Under the pieces are notes generated by a model. That model searched no databases, was not told the DNA's origin, and saw only the letters and a program-made list of their open reading frames with translations. The translations under genes and the position numbers were made by a program. Below, piece after piece: positions 1 to 12,950 of a stretch of 64,000 bases of DNA. The stretch's first letter is position 1, and the number at the start of each line of letters is the position of its first letter. Source of the DNA: Podarcis pityusensis (lineage: Eukaryota); NCBI GenBank assembly GCA_964106645.2, contig OZ067050.1, one strand, 5' to 3'.

Positions 1-358
1 GGAGACTCCACCACACTCCTTGGCAGCAAATTCCACTGTCGAACAGCTCTTACTGTCAGGAAGTTCTTCCTAATGTTTAGGTGGAATCTTCTTTCTTGTA
101 GTTTGGATCCATTGCTCCGTGTCCGCTTCTCTGGAGCAGCAGAAAACAACCTTTCTCCCTCCTCTATGTGACATCCTTTTATATATTTGAACATGGCTAT
201 CATATCACCCCTTAACCTCCTCTTCTCCAGGCTAAACATGCCCAGCTCCCTTAGCCGTTCCTCATAAGGCATCGTTTCCAGGCCTTTGACCATTTTGGTT
301 GCCCTCCTCTGGACACGTTCCAGTTTGTCAATGTCCTTCTTGAACTGTGGTGCCCAGA
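1..358 (-). mobile_element. CR1 LINE 3' fragment
   Basis: Sequence typical of reptile CR1 ORF2 3' region in antisense (ctcttactgtcaggaagttcttcctaatgtttaggtggaatc; ttgaactgtggtgcccagaa). Truncated by the window edge. Confidence 0.75.
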
Positions 359-480
359 AATTAGTCAAAATCTACACTACCGACATGGCCTGTCATACGT
401 CTGGATTTTCCCGGACATTTCAGCCATTTCCGCCCAGAAATTACTGGCTATGTCTGGAAAATTCTAGACATATGGCAACC

Positions 481-1136
481 CTATCTGAAGGAGCAAGAAT
501 GCTCTAATTCATGTTGACCCAAACTCCATTTATATCTAGGGCTGTGTTTTCCAAAGACCATCAGCTCAGTCTTGGAATACTTTACGGAGAGGCTTTCTTG
601 TTTATAATATGAACTAAAAACCACCAATAGATTTTTAAGTCCCAAGTGGGAGACTGAAAGGAGCCCTATGTCATCTGCATACATCTAATGCCAGAGAACA
701 TGGACTAGGTGAAGAACTGCATCATTAATATAAAGATTAAAAAGCATAGGGGCCAAACTACAGCTCTGTTTCACTCCTTCGGTCGATTTAAAGGCCTCAG
801 GCAAGCCAGCATTAAGAGCAACTCTGACCCTCATTTCTGTGCCATAGTACAGTCTCAAATGAGTAAGAGAAGCCTGTGGTCAATGTTAGCATTGAGAAGT
901 TTCTCCCCCCCCCCCCACCTGCTGTGATTAACGGACTCAAAAGCAGCAGAGAGATCAATAAAGGCTGCAAAATGATTGTTTTTACTGTTTTTGGTGTATT
1001 TTCTAATGATGTGATTCAACATAAAACACTGGTTGTTGTTACTGAATCCCTCTCTGAAGCCCGCTTGTCCTTCACACAATATATAATTTGTGTGGAGCCT
1101 GTCTAATAAATAGATATTGAGCATAAAGCCTGGCAA
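481..1136 (-). mobile_element. Degenerate non-LTR retrotransposon reverse transcriptase fragment
   Basis: Broken minus-strand ORFs carry RT motifs QAGFREG...AAFIDLSAAFESVNH (855-1136) and YADD (481-684). Confidence 0.7.
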
Positions 1137-3715
1137 GGAATATCTAAATTAAAGGCCAACAGGGCGATAGGTTTTGAGGAACGGCTCTGTGTGCTATTTT
1201 TATAGAAAAAGAGGTGCTGGAACCCATTCTCTCAGAATGGCAATGGCACCAACCTGAGAGGTGCCGGAATTAAGTTCTGGCTGAAAAAAAGCCCTGGTTT
1301 GAGTCATAATGGACAAGCTTGGCTGAAGGCACACCCCAAAATGGTGTGTGGATGTGTGAAGGTTAATAAAGGCAGAAGTTGTCTCCTCTTATTTCTTCCC
1401 GCCAAACATCCACACCTAGAGACTACAGTATTACGGATGGGCATTTGCAGAAGAGGGAGAGTGTTCCCTCTTTGAAAGGATGCACTCTGAGACGTGAGCA
1501 GCACTGGGACTGGCCCTACCATTAGACATTGGGGGTACATGGAGTCAGTGGCAAGAAGGTGTTGGAGGATGGAGCTGTGGGGGCAGCTTGCCCGGCCTTG
1601 CCCTACTTAAGCTAGCTTGTTGCCCTCAGGGGCAGTGGAGGGCGTTGCTTTACAAAGGCCACATTCCCAAGATAAGTGTAAAACACGGCCGCCATCTTGC
1701 ACTGTCATGGTTTGCCCCCAAAGAATTATGGGAACTGTAGTTTGTGCTGAGAGTGGCTAGGAGACCTCTACTGCCCACCCAGAGCTACAGTTCCCAGAGT
1801 TCCCAGTGAATGTGGGAATGCGGCCAAAGCAAGATTCAGTTGCCCTGCTAGTCAGCCTCAGGGGTGGGAATGGCTCATTATGCCTCAGGCTGCAAAATGT
1901 CTTAAGCCAGCCCTGATGGAGCAGAAACTGGTGCAAATAAGCATCTGCACTTGCTGTTTCCCACCCCTGGACTTGAGCCTTTGTCTAAAATCATTTCCCT
2001 TTTTCTGTTGGGGTTGAGAGAGCAATGCCCACTCCTGGCAGTAGGGCTCATGGGCATTTAGTAACTATGCCCTACCTTCTCTCTAGGGCAGCAGAAATGG
2101 CTCCCTCCTTTTTGGCTCCCCAACAATCTTGTGAGGTAGGCTAGGTTGCGAGGAAGTGACTGACTTTAACAGCTGAGTAGAGACCCGAACCTGGATCTCA
2201 CTAGACCTCACCTGATACTCTGATCCCTGTGCCCACAGTGGCTCTTTGAACTCCAAGACAAGCAGAAGTCCAAGAAGTAAAACCTGGAGGGTTCTCTCTC
2301 TCTCTCTCTCTCTCTCTCTGCAGCATTCAGAGACAGTGAGAAATTTTCCAGCTGAATTTCTGTTTGCCATAAATTTGTAAAACGCCCAAAAGCTCTGCCA
2401 GGAAGCAGCAGTTGGGACTGTCATTCTTCTCTGTTCACCCAACAGTTCCATTTTCTTCCTTCAGTTCTCCCTCTTCAATACCCCTTCTTTTGCAAAGGTT
2501 TTCTCAGTCTGCCCACCATACCTAATGTGTAAATAATTTCTTGAGCTATTATGATGTACACCTCGGGGTGGGAGAAGCATTGCTTTGGGTCCAGCAAATT
2601 ATGTAGGAGCTATGCAGGCAAGGGTTAGGTAAGTCCCTTGTATGGGAGATTACAGCGAGGGCCATGTAAGAATAGAAGCCGAAGTATTACCATTTTAAAA
2701 CTTGGGCTTGTTTACAGCTGAATCCAGGTGCAATTCTAAAAGGGCAAGGCAACCTTGAATCCTGCACTTCCAGTCAACAGCCAGATCTTCAAGGTCTCGT
2801 TTTCGCCGGCAGCTGAATGAGACGATAAGGAGTTCTGAGGCTGCAGGACCATTTCAGACTAAACACGGGAAATCACATTTTGTTCATGCTCTTCTGAATT
2901 TAATATAAACAAAGCCTCCCTTTAACAAGAAAACAGGCTTGAGAAAGAGAGGGCTGTTTCTCACTCGTGCAAGATAGTTTGTTCTTTAAATAAAAAAACC
3001 AAGAGTTTTGGGTAGTTCTCATGGAATATTCCAAAATTGCCTTCTTGGCTGCAGCAGTACAATCCACTCTACAACCTCAGGATTTCACCAAGACACTATC
3101 CTACCTGTATGTAAGCAGGCCAGGCTGCAGGTTACATTTGTGGCCTGCACAAATTTGTTCTTTCCTGACGATTCTCCCTCCCCCCTGCTATCCCCCTGTG
3201 TGATGTGCTTTGAATATTCTGGTGCTAAATCAGTATTAATGATGGTTATTCTAATAATAATAACAATCACCATCATTTTAGGGAAGTGAATATTAGTAAT
3301 AATTGTTATGATGGCATCCATCTGTTTCGAGAGACAATGGAGTGCGCCTCCGGGGGTGTTAGTAGTACTAAAGTGACTCCCCTCTGGAGTGCAATGCTGG
3401 GCAGTGTGTAGGGAGGTCCTGGGCTGCTCAGACAACAAGACACCCCCCTCCCCGGTCTTGCTGATGTGGTCCAAAGGAAAGCAGAGCAATACATTTGGCA
3501 CCAGCTTGGCTGCAGGAGTTGCCAGAAGGAAGCATACAAGTCGTCACCCAACTATCTTAGGGACTCCACTCTGGATTTGTGTAGAGCTTGCTCTAAAACA
3601 GAACCTCAGACCTCTGTCTAAGTCGTAGTGACGATGTCACACCGCCGTGATGATGTCACGTTCAAGACTGACAACAAATAAAGAGATCCACAATCCCTTT
3701 TTTCAAATTTGCTTT

Positions 3716-3721
3716 TTTATT
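3716..3721 (-). terminator. ZG16 polyadenylation signal (AATAAA)
   Basis: tttatt on the + strand about 270 nt beyond the ZG16 stop codon. Confidence 0.6.
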
Positions 3722-3987
3722 GCTCGATGCCGATCGACAGCAGTGCTGCGCTAGCTGTTTGACAGGAGAGGAAGCTCTGAAAACACCGGGCAGAACTTAG
3801 GTAGGCGTTGGTTCAACAGAGTTAACAAAAGAGGTGACAGAAAATGTGCTGGAAAATTATTTGCCTCACGAATAATCAGTCGATGAGGGGAAAGAAAATC
3901 CCCGAGATTTGGGTGGAAAGACATGGGCCCTGAGCTGTCCCTGTTCCCTGCCCCATCGATCAGCTGGTCTCTCCCTGCTGTGCTCCC

Positions 3988-6501
3988 TCACTTTCCACAG
4001 GAGGGGCAGTCACTGGGGTAGTAGTCCCAGTGGAAACCGATGGCGTCAATGACTGAACCAGAGCTGCCGCTGAAGTAACGCAGGACGGTGTTTGGGAAGA
4101 GAGGAGCTGCGTTGAAGCTGGTGCCTGTGTCCTTCCCAAAAGGGAAGTAGCGCCCCTTGTCGGTGACGAACACAAGTTTGCGGACGTAGCTTTTGTATTT
4201 CCCGGAGACTTGGATGATGGACTCGCCAGGGTGCAGGAAGATTTCCTCCAGATCGCCAGAAGAACCCCCCACGTAGTTGCTCCACTCCTTGCCGTAACGG
4301 ACCTGGAGACTGGAATAAGGTAAAAGACCGACTTCTTAGGCCATCTTCTTTCTTCCCTGATAGGCCAACAGCCCAGTGCAGAGTTAGCCACGCTTAAGCC
4401 CCTTAAAACAGAAGGTCTCAGTGGTCCCTAAATCTGCTCTTGATTCCTGTACCCAAAGGATCTAGAAGTTCTCTACAGCCTTTCCATGTTATCATTTCGT
4501 TTGGCGCAACCAATTCACATTTGTTACTCATTTGCCTTGCGCAATTCACATAATTGCGCTGCCGATTGCAAGGACACCCCCCATTCCTCCCCCAATATTC
4601 CTAATTTGTTGCTGAGAAATGTGGCCCTTGACCCAGGAAACACTTGGTCATGTTGTGCGAATGCCTGATGATCGTCTTCCAAAGCAACTACTCTATTCCG
4701 AACTTAAAAATGGAAAGCATAATGCTGGTGGTCAGCAAAAAAGGTTTAAAGACTGTCTCAAGGCAAATCTAAAAAAATGTAGTATAAACACTGACAACTG
4801 GGAAACACTGGCCTGTGAGCGCTCCAGTTGGAGAACAGCCTTTACCAAAGGTGTCATGGGCTTTGAAGACACTCGAACTCAGGACACAAGGGAGAAACGT
4901 GCTAAGAGGAAGGCACACTTGGCAAATCCACACTGTGATCAACTCCTGTCCAGAAACATATGTCCCCACTCTGGAAGGACGTGTGGGTCCAGAATTGGCC
5001 TCCACAGTCACTTACGGACTCATTGTTAAAACTGTGTTTATGGAAGACAATCTTACTCGGCTACGAGTGATCGCCAAAGAAGAAGAAAGAAGAAGAAGAA
5101 AGATAAGTTGTAATAAATGATACAACTCCTCCTCTCCAACTATCAAGCTCTCCAAAACAGAACATGTTCTCCTGCTAGTTTTATGCAACGAGGCATCAAA
5201 CATGTGACAGAAATAGAAGAACTTAGGTTGAAAGCTCTTTGGGGCAGGGTCCTGCATTTGATGACGCTGTAGAAAACAAACGAGGGATAGAAAGTTTGAG
5301 TAGCCAATTTCAAACAAGAGCGAACCCAGTATTATAATCTGGTTCAGAGCTCTGCACTGGACTCTTGGACCTCAAGTGTTTAGTATAAGGAAAGCGGGTT
5401 CTCCGTTTTCTTTTTGCTGTGGAGCCTTTGACTGCTCTGAAATGGTTTTGCTGCTGGCATCAAATTGGCAAACAAGCATATTCAGACATGAGGCTTAAAG
5501 TCACTTTCACAATTGAGGGTTAAGGTATGCACACATTAAAATGGCTAGAAACACAGCAAGACTGTTTCCCCTACACACAAACATATCTTCAGTGCTTTCT
5601 CCTACAAAAGGAACAGAGGGCACTTCCAGACTGCTGCTGTTTTGCAGGCGACATTCAGCGGCATGCTGGAAAACTAGTCGATTTTGTTTTATTTTTCAAT
5701 TTCTTATTAGGCTTCTATCCTGCCCTTCCTCTCAAAAGATGCCACAGAACCATAGCATTGTAGAGTTGGAAGGGACCCCAAGGGTCATCTAACCCAACCC
5801 CTCCCACAACGCCCAGGAGCTCTTGCGCAACAAACCCGCTCCCACCTCCCCCAAAAAATCCTGGACTATTTGCAGTAAGGTAAAGTGATGGGGAAATGTA
5901 CTGGAAAGTATACGATAAAAATTGCTTGAATCTCCCTGCAAACCAATCAGAATGGATGCTCATCTAACCTCCCTGCAATTTTTATTAAGGGCAAATGCTC
6001 GATACACAGGATGTGTGGAAGAGAAAGGACTTTCCAAAGACTGCCCTAAATTTCCCCGCAAAGAAAGGGTTCACCTTATTTTCAGGTCAATCCGTCCACC
6101 TATCGCTTTTTCTCCAAACCCTACAAGCGGCCAAGCCACGGCCTGTTCCCAGATCCCCACCAGCCTCCAAACACTTACCCCACGATGTACCACCGGTTCG
6201 TCCGGATCCTTATGGCAGTTATGGGCCCATCCAGCTGGTTCCCAGAGTGGGAGAAGCGTTTCCCGCCACCTCCGCCGTACTCGCCAGAATAGGAAGAAGA
6301 ACGTGGCTGAGCTGGAATAAGACCCAAAGCAACACAGAGCAGATGAGCTTCAGCACAGCAGCCTAGCCCTGCACTTGGACAGCGCCACGGCCTGGGGGGC
6401 AGTGACACCTCCCTCCCCGCCCCGTCCGGCCCCCCTTGGGATTTACCTGTGTTGATGGTGATGCCGCAACAGAGCAACGCAAGGAGAGTGAACCAAAACA
6501 T
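3988..6501 (-). CDS. ZG16: Zymogen granule protein 16 (jacalin-like secreted lectin), 169 aa
   Basis: Coding exons 6501-6447, 6311-6179 and 4309-3988 (55+133+322=510 nt), GT-AG introns with compatible phases. Signal peptide MFWFTLLALLCC, then SSSYSGEYGGGGGKRFSHSGNQLDGPITA...GLQVRYGK...GDLEEIFLHPGESIIQVSGKYK...IDAIGFHWD, closely matching recalled human ZG16. Confidence 0.96.
4640..5102 (+). mobile_element. RTE-clade LINE 3' end in a ZG16 intron
   Basis: ORF PDDRLPKQLLYSEL...KRFKDCLKANLK...WETLACERSSWR...CGSRIGLHSHLRTH followed by a (GAA)n tail. Confidence 0.85.
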
Positions 6502-8976
6502 CCTAGAAAAGAGAGTGTTGCGGTTTTTAAAAAAGTCAACGCGTTGATTTCAGTACTTTTACATGTTTGTTCTATCCTCCCTGCCCTCCCATATCCGTTT
6601 CAAAGTGTCATCCACATCCTGGTCCCGTTCCTCTAATTTTATCCTTCACAACAGCCCTGTGAGGTAGGAGAGGGTGGGAGTAGGTGAATTGGCCCAGGTC
6701 ACCCACTGAATTTGAATGCTGAGAAGGGATTTGAAGACAGGTGTAGGGATGATTGCGGAGTGGGGAGTGGGGTCCGGAGGGAGCACACTCCCCACCCGCA
6801 GGCAGCCTCAGCCTGCCTGCACGCGTGCCCTTGGGGTGCGGAGCACACACACCCCTCACAGACAAAGCCACGGCTGTCTGAACATTGTTGCCTCTGTCTA
6901 ACCTTTTGCGGTCTCAGTAGTCTGCGGTGTCCTGTCTGTGGACCTTTGTCTCTGAGACCTTTTATCTCCTTCATCATACACTGTGCAAGGGGAAAATGAC
7001 GCGGTGGAAACAGGTGCCAAAATAACTTTGTACCACCCCAGTATCTCGGGACCGGAAGATGTGTAAAGGTCACAACCCAAAATGTATCTGCTTGGTTTGC
7101 ATATTTGTCTCAATAAAAGGAGGCTCCACAGGGCTGGCCGGCAGCTCGCTTTCAGCTCACCTGTGTGCAGCTCACCTGCATTATCAACTCCTGCCTCATG
7201 TCCCTCACTTCAACAGGCCTCTCCAACCAAAGCCTACCCACTCACTTTGGATACAGGAAGCTGCCTTAGTCCATTGGTCCATCTAGCTCAGGTTTCTCAA
7301 AGAAGGACTTGGGTCTCCAGCTGCTTTTGGACTACAGTTCCCATCATCCCTGTCCTGCTAGCTAGGGATGATGGGAGTTGTAGTCTAAAAACAGCTAGAG
7401 ACCTAAGTTTGGGGAATCTTTGATCTAGCTCATTACTGTCTATGCTGTCTGAATTGGCAGCAGCTTTCCAGAGTTTCAGGCAGAAGCCATTCCTACCCCT
7501 ACTTGGAAATGCCAGGAATCGAACCCGCGACCTTCTCTGTGCAAAGCAGATGCTCTGAGTTGTGACTCTTCCCTCAGTTATGAAATAGCAGGTGTTCCAA
7601 AGAGGTCTGAGACACACCTGTCAGAGCACTGCTTCATTACACTTTCAAACCTGATACCCAAGCCAGCTTTACATCTATTTCTTTTTTAAAAGGAGTTCCT
7701 GTAATAGGATCAGGACAGCCGACTCCACGAAGGCCCTGTGCTACGTGGACTTTGCCATGATTTGTGCAAAGTTGAGCTTCCATTGGAAATCAAACCAAAG
7801 CATAATTTGAACCAAATTCACCAAGCATAGCCCTGTTCTCAGCCCTGTAAAAATGCAAAGAGGGAGTGCTTTTGAGCATGTGCAGAGTGACTTGCATTCA
7901 CCCTTGAATAACCGCAACCAGCTTGCAATGAGTGGTAACGGCTTCTGATTAAGAACCATGTTAACATTGCTCAGTCCAGGCTGCGCATATGTTGACGTGG
8001 TTAAGCCAGTGGTCTGCTCTCTGCTCTCTTTATTAATACCTCTTAATTTGCAGCTTTTAAACCATTTTTCTGGAGCGTGGCCTCTGGAAAGTTGTCCTGG
8101 CTCAAATCCCATGCTGGCAACCTTAGTTCTGTGAACTAGTGGAGAGTCAGATGTTGGGAGACTCCAGCTCCCATTCTCTCTCACCACTGGTCATGCTTCA
8201 GTGATGGCCAAACTTGGCTCGCCAGCTGTTTTGGGACTACAACTCCCATCATCCCTAGCTAACAGGACCAGTGGTCAGGGATGATGGGAATTGTAGTCCC
8301 AAAACAGCTGGAGAGCCACCACTGTGCTAGATGGAGTCCTTAAGAGTTTGGAGTCAAGCAACATCTGGAGGGCCACATACCAAACAGCTAGCCAGCCAGC
8401 TTAATCACAGAATCATAAGAGTTGGAATCATCTTTTTATGTTCTGATGTTCTTTGTATACTGTGTTAGTTTTATGATGTTAGCCGCCCTAAGCCCAGCTC
8501 CGGCCGGGGTACAAATAAATAATCATCATCATCATCATCATAATCATCATCATCTAGTCCAACTCTCTGCAATGCAAAAATATGAAGCTGTCCCTTACAG
8601 GGATTGAACCTGCAACCTTGGTATTTTCAGCACCATGTTCTAACCAACTGAGCTATCCAGCAGATCTTGAAAAAAAGCCAACAGGTCCAAACCCCTTAAA
8701 GCCAACAGTCAACCCCAGGCAGCCTTGAAGAGAAACCCCCAAGTCCCTATAGAAAGACCTTGTTCTCAGAGAAGGCCTCTTCAGAGCCTCCTGGAAAACA
8801 GGGTCCACTAGAAGCACCCCCTCTCCTTAAAAAACCCACACACAAAAATATCTGTTGTGAGGCTAAAATGAGGAGGGGGAGAGGCATGTTTTATGCCACC
8901 TTCAGCTGCTGCAAGGAAAAGTGGGATACAAATGCAATAAATAATTATTTGCGGAAAGGGTTGCGCTCAGACCCCG

Positions 8977-9070
8977 ACTTACCTTGCAGCCTGCGCAGTC
9001 CTTGGGTGGGCTGGGTGCTCTGTGCCTGAGATCTGCAGAATTGGCCAAAGGGGAGCTTCGGGTTTTATAC
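8977..9070 (-). promoter_or_regulatory. Putative ZG16 TATA promoter and non-coding exon 1
   Basis: Minus-strand TATAAAA at 9063-9069 and a strong donor AAG|gtaagt with the exon ending at 8983. The first coding exon has an acceptor 1 nt before its ATG, so an upstream exon is expected. GATA motif near 9100. Confidence 0.65.
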
Positions 9071-9374
9071 TGTCCCTGAAGTACGATATGGCGCCACCTT
9101 ATCTTGGGAACCTGCCTGCTGGGCAAACACCATCCATCTATTATAAAACACTTTAATTGGCATTTTCCTGGGAGGGACCCAAACAAACGGGCCCTCCCTT
9201 TAATGGCCCATGGCAGCCACCTGCTGCGCTGGGGCCTAGCGTGGGGTGTGGGGAATCCTGGAGCCCCAAAGATGGAAGGGAAACAGCATTGTCCAACCCT
9301 GATGTATCCTGGTCGCCTTTGGAAAATGGAGGGAACTTTGATCTCCCACCAAATCTTCACATTACTGCAGCTGT

Positions 9375-9895
9375 GTGGCCAGTGAAGATCTTCAGCGCTT
9401 AAATGAAGAATATTTAAATGGCACAATCATTGGTTTTTATTTGAAATATCTGGTGCTTGAAAAACTGAAAAAGAAGGTGCTCATAGAACTCATGTGTTCA
9501 GTTCCTTCTTTTACACATGCCTTAATCCAGACGAGAAATGGCACAGGCAGGTAAAAAGATGGACACGTTGTGTTGACATCTTTGAAGATTTTATTTTTGT
9601 TCCTATTAATAAAGCAGCACCTTGGTTCTTGGCTGCCATCTGTTTCCCAGTCTTAATAGAACCCAATATATGAAACCAATCCATACTATCAGGAAGTTAG
9701 ATCTTCCTCTTCATACGTATCAAGAAATTATATGCAAACAGCCTTGCATTCTGCTCATGGTTTCATTGAGAGGCTGTTCCCAATCAAATGTGGGAAGTCA
9801 AAAAACACACTAAAAGAAGTTTCTCCAACAATGCTATGGAAGGTTCAAACCTGAAAGTGCCACAACAGAATGACTTCAGTGATTGTGGAATTTCC
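9375..9895 (+). pseudogene. SENP6: Processed SENP6 (SUMO protease) pseudogene fragment, catalytic domain
   Basis: Frameshifted, intronless translation [26 protein letters not shown] / HVFSSFFY..L / [33 protein letters not shown] / [13 protein letters not shown] / [28 protein letters not shown], collinear with the recalled SENP6 C48 domain and carrying several deletions. Confidence 0.88.
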
Positions 9896-12249
9896 ACCTG
9901 ATTTCGAAGTCTGAATGCTCCATTGGTAATCTCCTGAGAGTGATCTAGTCTGGCTCAGCCCAGGGATTTAGCCTAGACTTGGAGCTGAACCCCATGGGGG
10001 GAGTGATTTGTCTGGGCGAGACTCTCTGGGTTGTACCCTGACAGGAATGACTCTCTCATTCTCCCTCTCCCGACATTTTGGCTCTCCCGGAATAAACCTG
10101 TAAAACAGCAAACGCAGAGTCACCACTATTTCCAGATCCCTTCTAACCACAGAGCACAGCAAGGAAAGACGTACTATGGGGAGAGAAAAGTCTGCTTTGT
10201 CTCAGCTTCTGCCTGTGAATCTGGGCACCCCACAGTGGGAGGTGACAGCTGGGATGCTGCAAGGCCTGACCCTGCCTCTTCCTCCATGGTTCCCTTCAGG
10301 GACCAGCACATCATTCTCTGAGGATGACTCCTCTACTAGGGACATGGCATCAGCAAAGATGGGGATGGGGACAACCCGAGAACCAGTTGGCTCCACCTGC
10401 CATTGGTCCTGGGCCCTGCCTTTCACTGGCTCTGGGTCCGCCTGCTGTTGGGTGGTGTAGCCTAGTGTAGTGGTTATAATGAGAGACCGGGACCCGAGTT
10501 CAAATCCTTGCTCAGGCACGAAACTTGCCGAATGAACTTGGGCCAGTCACCACCTCACACTATTGTTGTGAGGAAGATTAAAGAGATGTGTGTTGAAAGA
10601 CAGGATCGTTGTGAGCCTAGAAGGGGAGGGTGGAGAGCTCCTGGGAGGAAGCCTGAGGTAAATTGCTAAAAAGCACATGGGATTTATTTTTTATTTTTTT
10701 AGAAAATTAGCACAGAGAGGTTGGGTGAGAGCCTTGGCATGCTTGCTCTCTCTACTTGAAGGGAATGTTTTTTTCTATAGTCAAAAGATTGGCATCCGTG
10801 CCATTTCAGAACACCCCCTTCTGCCCACCCTACTACTGACCAAAGGAGAAAATGAAAACCCAAAATGCTTTGTGCTGTTTTCTTTTTCCTCATGTTCACA
10901 TCCTTGCTCAGCCTCAAAGCTCTTAACAGGGCTGCTCCTCGGCCTCTGGGTTTAAGATGGGCCTAGTGGCTTCATCGCAAAGCAGCAAAATGGTGGAGAA
11001 GGAAGGCAGAGGCAGCTGCGTGCCTGACAGCAATGAGGAACGAGGGACATGCTCCGTTCTGGGGCCGTGCCCTGATAATGCCCTTTGAGAATATTGCCAG
11101 AGACATCTGGAAAGTAGCAACTCAGGCAGACCTCGCCCAAGATGAGGTTGGGTGCCAGGCCTGGCCCATCCCAGGCATATGCTGTTCTGAGAAAACATGG
11201 GAATGTCCAGAGGGCGTTAGGAGGACAAGGGCCTTCCGAGGCCACCGCACCCTGTCCCCACGTCACAGCAATGTGTGACCATCTGTGTGAGTGTGTGTGG
11301 GAGGAAAGGAGGAGATCCAGTTTGGGGCAAACACAACCTTTGCCAATGTTTTGGCAAGGAGGAGGAAGTGGCTTGTGCGATTCTGGTTCCCTGCCACAAA
11401 CATGCAACACGCTTTAGCTGAATTCAGCACAGGTTTGATGCATGCACCCATCGCCGGCTTTAAGGCGTACCTATTCAGTGTTTCATTAGTATTTATTATT
11501 GTTGTTTATTAAATCTGTATACTGCCCTACACCCATAGATCTCAGGGCAGTTAGCAACACAAAATTACAATAATAAAAACACAATATACGTATTAACAAT
11601 ATGGGTGTCTGCTATCTGAAGAGTTGGGGTGTGTGTGTGAGAGAGAAAATGGGTACAAAATCAAGGAACCCAGTGCCCCTTGCAGTCTCCTATTTTTGGA
11701 TACAATACGGTCCCTTTCCACTCCCCACCTGTCCTAGGCCTTACTCCTCCCGCCATGCCTCTTCCCAGGTATCAGGGCCACCTGAGGCATAACCCAATAT
11801 CATGGGTTCAAGCCCCACTTCAGGTGAAACGTTCCTGCGTTGCAGATGGCCGTACTAGATGATCCCACCCGGATCATCCAGTCTGGAGGGTCTCAGATCC
11901 CAGCCTTCAACTCTTGTTGAAAGCGGGGCGATTTAACACATGAAAACTCTAGTTATTCAATTCACGTCCCTTTATGAAACATTCCAGGCAATATCTCTAA
12001 GGAGGTTTTTTTCCCCTCTGCGAATTTCAGACCGAATTAAATGAAAAGGTACAATTTGTCCAAACAGATTTTGGGAGCCCAGTTGGTTCCATATACAGCA
12101 CGGGGCTGATACGGCCAAGGTTGCAGGTTCGGTCCCCGGGCGGGCCAGCTGCATTGCAGGGAGTTGGACTAGAAGAATGATCCTAAATAAATCTACAAGT
12201 CAGTGGAAAAAGGCCATTGGCGCCTTCTCCTCCTAGGACCTGATCTCCA

Positions 12250-12950
12250 AATCCAGGCGGCCTCCATCTCGCCTTCCCCGTCTCACTTGCTCCCCCTGTT
12301 GCCTTTTCCCTTCCTCTCCTCCATTCCCCGCCTGCCTCCCTCCCTCCTTCCCTCCCTGGGCGGCCAGGCTGCCTCTCTCCCCGCGGCCGGTAGATGGGGT
12401 CTGCCCGGCTCCCCTCTCCCTGCTGCTGCTGCTGCCGCTGCTCCTCCTCTCGGGCTTCTCCGCGTCCCGCCGCCTGCCTTCCCCTTCCTTCCTTCCTGCC
12501 AGGCTGCTGCCTCCTTCCTTCCTTGCTCCCTCCTTCCCTCCCTCCTGCCTGCAAAGATGGACCCGCAGCGCCTCTAACAAAGACCCCGCCGCCGCCGCCG
12601 CCGCCCGCCCAGACGCCGCTGCCGCCTCGCTCGGGTTTGCCCTTCTTGGCTGGGGGGCGGGGGGGGGGGCAGGTTGCAGGGGGGTCTCTCTCTCTCTCCT
12701 TCTCCTCTCCTTTCCCCGGGGAGCCCCTTTTGTCTCCGGCCGCAGCAGCAGCAGCGCCAGCAGCGCCCACCCACCCCCACCTCCCCATGCCTTGCTGAGG
12801 CTCTGCGAAGCCCACCCGGGGGGGCGGGTGGGGGGTGGACCCCATTCCGCCGCGATGGGCGCCCCACCTTCCCCCCCGCAACCACCGCTGGAGGGGCTTC
12901 CGCGTCGGGAGGGGGGTCTCCTTTAAAGCTCTTCTTTCCCCCCCTCGCCC
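12250..12950 (+). promoter_or_regulatory. CpG island, probable promoter/5' UTR of the NLK-like gene
   Basis: Very GC- and CpG-rich stretch with GCC/GCT repeats 1.5-2.2 kb upstream of the kinase ATG. Confidence 0.7.

Noticed and set aside
8590-8662. tRNA-like sequence (also near 12098-12175 and 31600-31660)
   Set aside because: Degenerate tRNA-derived SINE heads; no intact cloverleaf.
10990-11250. Coding-like GC-rich stretch starting MVEKEG
   Set aside because: Multiple stops in that frame and no family I can recognise in any frame.
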